Part shown: piece by piece, positions 1-8,489 of the stretch
Position numbering within the stretch: the stretch's first letter is position 1
Layout of the letters: the number at the start of each line of letters is the position of its first letter
Assembly (NCBI GenBank): GCA_002794465.1
Contig: MTSL01000065.1
Span: forward strand, 148,915-180,914
Reading direction: 5' to 3'
Length of the DNA: 32,000 nucleotides
DNA from: Paramicrosporidium saccamoebae KSL3
Taxonomy: Eukaryota > Fungi > Cryptomycota
Notes under the pieces: generated by a model
Databases searched by the model: none
What the model was told of the DNA's origin: nothing
The model's input: the letters and a program-made list of their open reading frames with translations, nothing else
Position numbers and translations under genes: made by a program

Positions 1-813
1 CTGTTGTGGACAGAGTGGTTGCTCGTCTTAAGAAGTGAATCTGGTCCCGAATCCTCTGAGGAGAACGAAGATGACATTGCTGCCATCAAGGTTGCCCTAC
101 TAGCTGCCTACCAGCAGGATTTCAATATTTGTCCGCTTCCACCAGTGATGCGCATTTCCTCAATGAGTCAGCCCACAATTTACCATGACGGCAAGAGTTC
201 CAAAGAAATGGATCCCGAAGTGTTCCCCTTTAACACCAAGGAAGAGACCCTCACTGCCCCATCCACCATGTTCCCTGCGCAGCCGCTGGACAAGTTTGAC
301 GACTACAGTCGTGCCACCATAATGTATCGACTTTGCAGGTTCTTCCAGGATCACCTCCCCGAAGTGGAAGACCAAGTTCTGGTTGTCTATGGCTTACTAA
401 TTGTCCGGCTTGCCACCATGGGCACCCCGCTTGAGCAGCCCGATCTGCAACATCTCCTCCAGTCAGGTTCAATGTTCTCCAGCGTCTCATTCCGAGAGCG
501 TGCAATCACGCAACGATTCTCAGACCTCTCCTTTGAAGTGTCTAAGCTCGACGTTCAAGACATGGAGGTTCATGTAAATGAAGAGTTCAAGCTCGACCAT
601 GTCCGATTCATACAGTCTTGTTTCTTCCCAGAAATCAAGGAAAAGTTTAGGAGGCGGTATCCGCTGCCTGAGCAGCTTGCTCTCTTGTGGTCCGACGCAC
701 TGGCTCCGATCAAGTGTCGTTTTCCTACTTTGGAGGAACATGTCAAGTCTTGCCTATTAGCACGAGTCAGGCATCTGGGCTATCCAGCAGCAATTGTAGC
801 CCTATCAGCATGA
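1..813 (+). CDS. Hypothetical protein, 5'-truncated by the window edge
   Basis: Frame open from base 1 to TGA at 811-813 (270 codons without a stop). No motif recognised. Confidence 0.55.
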   Translation: MLWTEWLLVLRSESGPESSEENEDDIAAIKVALLAAYQQDFNICPLPPVMRISSMSQPTIYHDGKSSKEMDPEVFPFNTKEETLTAPSTMFPAQPLDKFDDYSRATIMYRLCRFFQDHLPEVEDQVLVVYGLLIVRLATMGTPLEQPDLQHLLQSGSMFSSVSFRERAITQRFSDLSFEVSKLDVQDMEVHVNEEFKLDHVRFIQSCFFPEIKEKFRRRYPLPEQLALLWSDALAPIKCRFPTLEEHVKSCLLARVRHLGYPAAIVALSA

Positions 814-870
814 CCGTACGTATTTATCTACATGACCGTGCACATTTATCTGCATAACTGTACATCTTTA
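809..870. repeat. Degenerate 22-bp tandem repeat, about 2.7 copies, overlapping the stop codon of the first ORF
   Basis: CATGACCGTACGTATTTATCTA / CATGACCGTGCACATTTATCTG / CATAACTGTACATCTTTA. Confidence 0.7.
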
Positions 871-1160
871 CTAATACATTCCTACTCATGATATTCCAAA
901 TTACACGGGCTTCGTCACTGTTACGCCATAATACATCATCTTATTTACAGGAGCTCGCTATCAAATATCAAGAATAGTGTGTCGTTTTGTTGCGCGGTGG
1001 GAGTATTACCATTACCACGGTGTCAGTATAGATGGGTGGCAGGGAACTAACGGTTAGTAAGGACTCACCCGACATGTCCAAGCATTAGAAAGTCTATATC
1101 TTTCAGCACCCAGCTAAACATTCCACCACAGGCCAATTACCATGTTATTAGGATCGACCG

Positions 1161-1168
1161 CCAGGGTA
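1161..1168 (+). promoter_or_regulatory. Candidate ribosomal-protein promoter motif CCAGGGTA
   Basis: Lies 25-32 nt upstream of the RPS23 ATG. The same octamer sits 29-36 nt upstream of the RPL43 ATG. Confidence 0.35.
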
Positions 1169-1192
1169 GGCCCTAGTAGAACTTGACTCACA

Positions 1193-1788
1193 ATGGGTAC
1201 GCCTTTCCCGTCCCATCCATCCATTAACATATAGGCAAGTGCAAGCCCCGTGGACTTCATGCCGCGCGCAAACTGCGCACTGACCGCCGTCTCTCTCGCT
1301 GGGCTGATAAAACCTACCGCAGCCGCGGCCTCGGTACCGTCTGGAAGTCCTCCCCTTTCCAGGGAGCCTCTCACGCCAAGGGAATCGTTCTGGAGAAGCT
1401 GTAAGATTAACGGGGATGATGACGACACAGAATAGGGACAGCGTAGCTACGGCGATGCTGAGAAAATTCTGATGGGATGACTGACCCACTTTATATGGTT
1501 TGGAAGATATTAATCTTTAGTGGTATTGAGTCTAAGCAGCCCAACTCTGCCGTCCGTAAGGCCGTCCGTGTGCAGCTGATCAAGAACTCGAAGAAGATTA
1601 CCGCCTTTGTGCCCAACGACGGCTGTCTCAACTTTGTCGAGATCAACGACGAGGTGCTTATTGCTGGTTTCGGTAACAAGGGCCGCAGTAAGGGAGATAT
1701 TCCCGGAGTCAAGTTCAAGGTTGTCAAGGTCTCTGGTGTAGCCCTCTTGGCCCTGTGGAAGGGAAAGAAGGAGAAGCCTCGTTCTTAA
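1193..1788 (+). CDS. RPS23: 40S ribosomal protein uS12 (S23); exons 1193-1196, 1235-1400, 1521-1788
   Basis: Spliced product [17 protein letters not shown]...[24 protein letters not shown]...[13 protein letters not shown]...KKEKPRS. GT-AG introns of 38 and 120 nt. Confidence 0.97.
1412..1487 (+). ncRNA. Probable intron-encoded box C/D snoRNA (snR64/SNORD74-like guide)
   Basis: Inside RPS23 intron 2: box C ATGATGA 1416-1422, box D CTGA 1481-1484, terminal GGG/CCC stem, and 10-nt ATAGGGACAG complementary to the conserved LSU rRNA segment CUGUCCCUAU. Confidence 0.75.
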
Positions 1789-1830
1789 GCTCTGATACAC
1801 AATATTACTAAATACATGTTCATCCGGTAT

Positions 1831-2797
1831 TTATTGCTGTTTCTCCTGAGCCGCGCTCTCCATAGACATGGCAATAGCTCGAGCCAACATGGCCTCTTCA
1901 TCATCCTCATCAACCACCATTTCATTTTCCGCCGGCGGGTTCGTCGCCGATGAATTTGCACCCTTTTCCCTCTCCATTCGGCTCTTCTCGTCCTCCAAGG
2001 ACAGCTTGAGCGCCATGGCCAGCTCTGGGTCCATATCCCCATCCATTCCAAAGTCGCCACCCATCGGAACGCTTCCATCTTCGCCCAGCAATATGGGAGA
2101 GGTCATTAGCATCTCGGATAGACTCTCTCCCGCTCCCACTTGTAGGACATGGCATTCACAACCGGGCGCAAGTAGTGCCTCGTGCAGATTGGATGCATTA
2201 GCCTCAACGGCTGCAGCGGCTGCCAGTACCTGCGCTACCGCAGTCGCATTAGCTTCTTGGCTGCCAAAGGAAATGATATCGAGAGCCACGCCATTCTTCT
2301 TGAGAAGCTTTCCAATAGAAGCAAGTGATGCTTGTGCAGACTCTTCTAACGGCGAGCCGAGAAATGCAATAATTCGTTGTCTCTGATTTGAATTCTGGCG
2401 ATTCTTCAGGACAAGCTACGCAATGAGACATTATCATGGCTCCTACTTGGGCAACTTGGAGGGCGGAGGCAAAATTACAGGCGGCATGACCCTCCAGCCT
2501 TGTCGATGCGAGTGCATGTTGTAGTTTGCTTTGCTCTGACGTCAGGGTCACCAAAACCTTGGGTCTACACCATCAGAAAGGAAACTATTCGTACGACGAG
2601 CCACCCATTGTCATTATGGCAACGACATTTTCCACGTTAGATTGGCGCTTTGCATTCACAATTAAGTGTGCTGCGTCTTGCTGCGCGTCCAGCCGCGTGG
2701 GATGAAAGTCGCCATTCCTCATCCATTCGCAATTATCAAGACTAAACCATTACGTCTACGGACAGGCCTACATGACAACAGTCGCTTCCAGCACCAT
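1831..2797 (-). CDS. RPN10: 26S proteasome ubiquitin receptor Rpn10 (vWA + UIM); introns 2742-2771, 2565-2594, 2416-2446
   Basis: Spliced [26 protein letters not shown]...ALQVAQLVLKNRQNSNQRQRII; UIMs DPELAMALKLSLEDE and EEAMLARAIAMSME. Confidence 0.95.
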
Positions 2798-2822
2798 AAA
2801 ATGAAACGAAACTATTTATTGG

Positions 2823-4637
2823 TTAAATTGCTTTGGATATTTGCTCAATGAGGAGATTGGACTCGTCCTCGGCATTGACCGGGACTGCAGAGAGCACATT
2901 ACAGCGAAGCTTCATCTCTCCCTGGTAGCTTTCTTGTTTGGCACGGATGCGGAAGACGTATGGCTTGAAGATGGCGTCTTTGAACACGGCCGAATAGGCA
3001 GCGTCGTCGTTGATCTTGAGATGGTACATTTCCTCAGCCGTCTTTCCGAGCAGCTGTTCGCCCGTCTCGTTAAAGGCATTCACCCAGGTCTGGCCAGTAT
3101 GGTCACCAATCTGCAAACTCATAATGTATCGATGGTCGCAACGATCAAAGACTTTTTGGCACTTTTCGCACCGCCACATATTGGGTCCCTCTTCGAGCAC
3201 CTTTTTGTTACAGCCCTCAGTGGGACAGGCCATGTATGAAATGGTAGCATCCGACTTTACATATGCAATGGTTCCCAAAATGGAGAAAAAATCTGGCTTA
3301 TCGCCAGAGCCAAGGAACTCGTCCTTGATTTGTGCCACCGTTTTGCGGTCATCCTTCTTTGCAGAAACGGCCAGATTGGCTGCAGTCGACAGAGAACGAC
3401 TGGCTTCATTGATTCCCTGAGAGTCAAACCAACCACGGAGTTCGTGTGCCTCGCGGATATCAGGATTCATGGTAATGGTCGACATGGAGCTGGTGGACAA
3501 AGTCCTCCCGTTGTAATCCGACACTCGGGCTCCCTTGATTGCTACAATCGGATAGTTGCCAAGGTCGTTAAAGTTTTCCGCCTGCTGACCCCACAATGTC
3601 ACCTTGATGGAACAATTGCTCGTGTCCACCAGTGTGAGATCACGCTTGCTTAGATTTTTTTGAGTAGTTTTAGTGACAATGTTTGCCAGCTCGCCAACCT
3701 CTCGGACAATTCCAATAATGTCGCAGTTATTGTCCTTGTCCAAGTTGGAGACGTGCGAGATTGGAATAAAACTGTACCGGACCGATGGAAGTGCCTCGCC
3801 GCCCTCACGAGCCATAGATATCAAGGACGATTGCTCCAAATGGACCTCATATTCATTACGAACCCCAAACTGGCGCTTGGCAATCTTGACCTGGGCATTC
3901 GAAATGAAATAAACTTGGCCCTCCTGAATCATGTCAAAGAACTTGTCCACCACGTCTCCAAATGCAGTCATTCTAATTTCGCCCGAATTATCAATACAGG
4001 TCGCGCTGAAGAGCTTCCCCTCCCCCTTGGCATTGGCAAATTTCTTGATATCAGTCTTGTTGATGATCCTTGCCTTGATGGCCCATCGGTTGTGATATGG
4101 GCTGAGATTGGCAATTGGCTGTAAAGATTCTGGCTCCTCGCTGCCTCCCGTCGGGGGTGCAACTGCAGGACGATTTGCCATTGTGGCGTTGCCAATGTTA
4201 CTCTGGAAGGGGTTGGGACGAGGGGCATTGTTGACAGCAGGAGGCGCTGCGGGAGGTGCAGTGCGGACGGCAGCATTTCCTGTGGAGGCAATATCCGGAT
4301 CATGGTCAACATTCACCGGTTCTCCAATCTTGGACCGAATGCTCATCAAACTTTCCATCTCCAGGCTGCCGAGGACGAGAAAGGTGTGTCCTTTGGACGA
4401 GTTGAGGTTGTATTGGGTCACCTTGAAGACGTCGTTAAGCTTCAACTGATCGCTCGAGAGGAGCTGTGACATGGGCGACACCACCACAGACTGAATGTAG
4501 TGGGTCGAGTCGGACACTGCAACCTTGTACCGACCGCCCTCCATTGGCTTGATAAATATCAGTTGGACCCATAGAAATGAAGGTCTCTCTCCCAACAATG
4601 CTTCCTTAATGGAACCTGGAACCAAGGGATGTGTCAT
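2823..4637 (-). CDS. RFA1: Replication protein A 70-kDa subunit, intronless
   Basis: N-terminal OB fold, PIANLSPYHNRWAIKARI (OB-A), DIIGIV (OB-B), C4 zinc motif YMACPTEGCNKKV...WRCEKC (OB-C). Confidence 0.97.
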   Translation of the reverse strand: MTHPLVPGSIKEALLGERPSFLWVQLIFIKPMEGGRYKVAVSDSTHYIQSVVVSPMSQLLSSDQLKLNDVFKVTQYNLNSSKGHTFLVLGSLEMESLMSIRSKIGEPVNVDHDPDIASTGNAAVRTAPPAAPPAVNNAPRPNPFQSNIGNATMANRPAVAPPTGGSEEPESLQPIANLSPYHNRWAIKARIINKTDIKKFANAKGEGKLFSATCIDNSGEIRMTAFGDVVDKFFDMIQEGQVYFISNAQVKIAKRQFGVRNEYEVHLEQSSLISMAREGGEALPSVRYSFIPISHVSNLDKDNNCDIIGIVREVGELANIVTKTTQKNLSKRDLTLVDTSNCSIKVTLWGQQAENFNDLGNYPIVAIKGARVSDYNGRTLSTSSMSTITMNPDIREAHELRGWFDSQGINEASRSLSTAANLAVSAKKDDRKTVAQIKDEFLGSGDKPDFFSILGTIAYVKSDATISYMACPTEGCNKKVLEEGPNMWRCEKCQKVFDRCDHRYIMSLQIGDHTGQTWVNAFNETGEQLLGKTAEEMYHLKINDDAAYSAVFKDAIFKPYVFRIRAKQESYQGEMKLRCNVLSAVPVNAEDESNLLIEQISKAI

Positions 4638-4689
4638 GCCGCAACTCCCGCCGAATTAAATGATTTTTATCGTTAACCTTGATGCTTGC

Positions 4690-4737
4690 GGGATGGGTTT
4701 GTGGGGTCTATGCGGGGCTGCTGTGGGTTGCGTGGGG
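4690..4737 (+). other. G-tract cluster (potential G-quadruplex) upstream of RFA1
   Basis: Six runs of 3-4 G with loops of 2-7 nt. Confidence 0.35.
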
Positions 4738-5002
4738 CTTTTGTAAGCTGTGTGTGAGGACTGTATAAGGCGAGTGGAATTTTTGCAAAGTATGTGGAAT
4801 TGTATACAAATTGTAAGAGGTCTGTGGTCAAGACTCTATTGAGGGTTATTTGCCCCCTCGCAATAGGCCCTTTAGAGGGTTTTAATCCGGCATTTATGTA
4901 CCCTCTGGCGATAGACTATTTACTGGGATTTCTGATCCACAAATATATCTTCTCATAGTATCTATCCTAACTAGTTTGACACATGCATAAAGAATGAGTA
5001 GT

Positions 5003-5770
5003 TTATTCACCACGGCCATATCCCTTAGAGGGAACAAGTAGCTGTACGACAGCACCCAAAACTGCAAGAGCGGCAGTGCCAGAGAGTAGCCAATACATCA
5101 GAGGGTCATAAGTTTTGTTGAGCGCGAATCTATCCCCGACTGCAATGTTGTATAAGTGCTCCTTGAATCCAATCTTTAGGTAAAAGTCTGCTCCTAAGAC
5201 GACAAGCAGAGCACCGGTGATGGCGCTGGCCGCAATGATGGCAATATCTTCCAGGAAGACAGCAGCTACGACGGCCAGACCCGCACCAACAACAAGAGCA
5301 GCACTGCGGCCAATGGCGTTTTGAATGATACCGCCAGCCCTCAGGGACAGAATGTAGGTCATTAGAGAATATCCACCTAGCCCAGCCCCAATGTACACAC
5401 CAACCTTCCACATCCACATACTGAGTGCTGCAACCACCACGCCGAGAAGAACGATAGCGATCCAGGTAATCATGGTCAGGTTTTCGGCAGCAACGTGAGG
5501 CTTTACGAACTCGGCACCCATCAGCCCAAGCAGTCCACCCGCAAGGAACCCGACACTACCGAGGAATAACTTGAAGAACCTCTTTCCAGAGAAGCACATG
5601 AGAATTCCCATGGCTATGGCGATACCACTGGCAATGCCATTAGCAAGAGTCAACTTTGCAGTTTCCACAAGAGTATCAATTTCCGGTGGCGGCGGGAGAC
5701 CACCACCATTAGGCTTGCTCGCAGCATCGACAGCCGCGACTAAAAGAGTTAAAAGTGCCTTGTGCATCAT
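5003..5770 (-). CDS. DUF4203 / TM7S3-TMEM198-family multi-pass membrane protein with signal peptide
   Basis: Hydrophobic N-terminus, CFSGKRFFKLFLGSVGF, about 7 Gly-rich TM segments, SAITGALLVVLGADFY. Confidence 0.8.
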   Translation of the reverse strand: MMHKALLTLLVAAVDAASKPNGGGLPPPPEIDTLVETAKLTLANGIASGIAIAMGILMCFSGKRFFKLFLGSVGFLAGGLLGLMGAEFVKPHVAAENLTMITWIAIVLLGVVVAALSMWMWKVGVYIGAGLGGYSLMTYILSLRAGGIIQNAIGRSAALVVGAGLAVVAAVFLEDIAIIAASAITGALLVVLGADFYLKIGFKEHLYNIAVGDRFALNKTYDPLMYWLLSGTAALAVLGAVVQLLVPSKGYGRGE

Positions 5771-5960
5771 TCTAGCAGATACGGGGGCAAGTTTCCAGGA
5801 TTTTTGTAGAAGTAGCGACCACGCTGGTATGCCCTCGAGGATATATCATGCTGCCCCAAGAACCAATCAGCCACTGAACGCCACGAACCAATCACCGCTG
5901 ACTTGGGGGAGAGGGGAAATCTATCGCAGTACATGTCGAGTGTATTTTATTCACCGAAGA

Positions 5961-6411
5961 TTATTGTATGGATGGCTGGATATATTGAGCAACGTTTTGC
6001 AGTCGAAAACCGTTCCTCCTAGAATTAGGGAGTGGGTTCCAGACGCTCGGAATTATGTTTACATAGGTTCGCTTGGTGTCATAGTCCTTGGAAAACTTGA
6101 CGATGCCGTTGACCTTGGCATGAAGGGTGTGATCCTTTCCGTAATGAACCTAAATTGAGCAAAAATCCTTAGACACTTACATTACTACCAGGCCAGTATT
6201 GGAAGCCACGCTGACGAATTATAATCTGGTTCTTGTGTGCGGTGGCACCATTGCCGAGCTTGACTCCGAGACGACGACCGGCAGAGTCGCGGCCATTTTG
6301 TGTATTACCTCCTCCCAAATTGGTTGCCCATCTTTTAAAAAAACCGAGGGGAGATGCAACAGAGGGCAGATTCGGAACGGACAATCCACTGGCTCCGAAC
6401 CGAAAAATCAT
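5961..6411 (-). CDS. MRPL27: Mitochondrial ribosomal protein bL27m; intron 6150-6180
   Basis: Presequence-like N-terminus, then RWAT..GGGNTQNGRDSAGRRLGVK...IIIRQRG.QYWPGSN|VHYGKDHTLHAKVNGIVKF. Confidence 0.92.
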
Positions 6412-6869
6412 CAAACCGCAAAATAATAAACTATTCGTTAACACGACTAAGACAAATAGACCATTTTTATCGCTTTATTAGTCACTCGGTCCATTGCATT
6501 GGTTATTGCCACTGGTTTGGTTACTATTATTGCGTGATGATATAACGTCCCACATACAGGGATTCACTATCGAGTGCTTTAAACAAGAGCTCCGTTTACT
6601 AATTACTTCCTGTAGGTTAGGGGGCAGGTCCCGTCATTGACCATGCTCTAAATAGGGATTACCATTTCACTAATTCACAGGCCCACCACATATCAATTAT
6701 AGCTGCCGTGATAATTTTTAGAAAAAAAGAGTGAATTTTTGTTTTCGCTATAAATTGGCTTCCAGGGCGGGAATAATTTCGCACCAGACTTTATGTCTTC
6801 AACTCCGCTAAGCTCCACTCAGTGCACCTACTGTCCGTCTGTCTGTACCCATCATGGCGTTTTTATTTA

Positions 6870-7798
6870 ATGGCTATAGCAAAGTATAGCGACTTTGCGC
6901 GCACCACCACCGACTTTTTCACCAAAGACTTTCCCTCTGGCGTAGTCAAGGTTGAGGCCCGCACTCAGTCCCGCAGTCTGTTGGCATCGCGCAGCAGTGG
7001 AAAATGGGAAACCTTTTCGGATGAATTCAAGGTGACTGCCTCGCGCGACCTGGCCACCGGCGCCATTGCTGCGGACGTAAAGAACACCACTCTCTTCCCC
7101 ATTGCAGGAACTAAGACGGGTAGTTTTTCAAGAGAGACTGATGGCGTTTAGAGGCAAAGAGCATTACCACCCTGACTTCTAGCAACCTGCTGACTCAGCA
7201 GTTCATCGTCACTAATGCCGTGTTGGATGGATTGAAGCTCGACGTGACGGGTACCCTGCAGCCGAACGGAACCAACAGCACCAAGGCCAACGTGGAGTTG
7301 AATCAGGGCTGTTTCTTGACTTCCACCTCAATTGACGTTTTCCGCGGCCCCGTTCTGACCACAGACCTGGCCACTCGCTTCCGCTTCCTCCAACTGGGCG
7401 GAGAGGTAGGCTATGATGTTTCCAAGGGCACCCTCGACAGATACTCCGTCTCGCTTTCCATTGACCGTCCGCGTGAAAAGATGGTGTTGCAGGCTTTGAC
7501 CGGCTTCAAGACGTTCACTGCCTCATACTTCCAAAAGTTCAACGACCAGCTGGAGGTGGCCTACCGTTCCTCATGGAACGCCAAGGTGCCAAGTCTGACA
7601 ATGGAAGTTGGTGCTAAATGGAATCTGATTGGCGGTGGATTCATCAAGGCCAAGCTGGACAATGTCGGTCGTCTTGGACTGGCGTTGGCGTCGGATCTGC
7701 GTCCAGGTGTCCAGATGACCCTCGGTGCCACTGTCGACACCCAGAAGCTGAACGATAATGCGCACAAGCTGGGCCTGGAGCTCGTCTACTCTGCCTAA
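6870..7798 (+). CDS. POR1: Mitochondrial outer membrane porin VDAC; intron 7120-7151
   Basis: N-terminal KYSDFARTTTDFFTKDF helix, alternating beta-strand pattern, C-terminal KAKLDN...LRPGVQMTLGATVD...HKLGLEL. Confidence 0.93.
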
Positions 7799-7873
7799 AT
7801 AGTAGACAATAGTTATGTCATGCTGCTTCATGTTCTGAGCTTATTTTATTAAATAGTCAAAGTGTGATAACGC

Positions 7874-8410
7874 ATGACCTCGCTGGGCCGAAAGACATTG
7901 TACGACATGTTGGGCGTCTCTCCCCACGCCTCCCGCCAGGAGATTAAGACGCAGTTTTATAATCTCTCCATGCTCTATCATCCCGACACCTCAACCTCGA
8001 CCGACGCCTCCACAGACAGCTCCGCCCGACAGCATGAACGGTTTATCCAGATTAGTCATGCCTACTCTATCCTGTCCAACGACCTACGTCGTCGCATCTA
8101 CGACCGCGAACACAACCTGGTGGCAGTGAAACGGGAACGTCAATGGCGTCCCCATCCAGGCGCACGTCACTCGACCACAGAGCGACCGGTATGGACACGC
8201 AACCCTCGAGAATTCGCCACAAATGAGACGGTCCGGAGGTGGACACGGTGGGCGGAAGAGTCCAATACCGAACGAGATGCAAGAACAAAGGAGAGGGTTC
8301 GGAGCGAGATGGACCAGAAACACGAGTCTGCAACAGTCCAAAGACGATTAATAGCGCTGCTTGTATCTGTAACAGTTTATTGGTTTCTGAATAATAACAC
8401 GCGTCAATAG
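7874..8410 (+). CDS. Small J-domain protein with C-terminal hydrophobic segment
   Basis: TLYDMLGV...EIKTQFYNLSMLYHPD...FIQISHAYSILSN..RRRIYD; C-terminal LIALLVSVTVYWFL. Confidence 0.9.
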   Translation: MTSLGRKTLYDMLGVSPHASRQEIKTQFYNLSMLYHPDTSTSTDASTDSSARQHERFIQISHAYSILSNDLRRRIYDREHNLVAVKRERQWRPHPGARHSTTERPVWTRNPREFATNETVRRWTRWAEESNTERDARTKERVRSEMDQKHESATVQRRLIALLVSVTVYWFLNNNTRQ

Positions 8411-8489
8411 CAGCTGGGACAATGTGCCAGACTGACTGCAATTTTGGCTACCAACGAATAGCAATGTGAAATGACCACCGCGACTATTG

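Noticed and set aside
1056-1063. AGTAAGGA matching the U12 snRNA branch-pairing sequence
   Set aside because: No U12 5' stem or downstream Sm site; better explained as the reverse complement of a minus-strand intron-like segment.
2841-4449. Several 100-150 aa antisense ORFs within RFA1, and similar ones in the importin, RRP3 and CWH41
   Set aside because: These are typical shadow ORFs of long coding regions with no independent motifs.
5571-6158. 195-aa plus-strand ORF
   Set aside because: It is antisense to the DUF4203 gene and MRPL27 exon 2 and has no recognisable motif.
6534-6540. GTGATGA box C-like motif
   Set aside because: No CTGA box D or terminal stem at a suitable distance.
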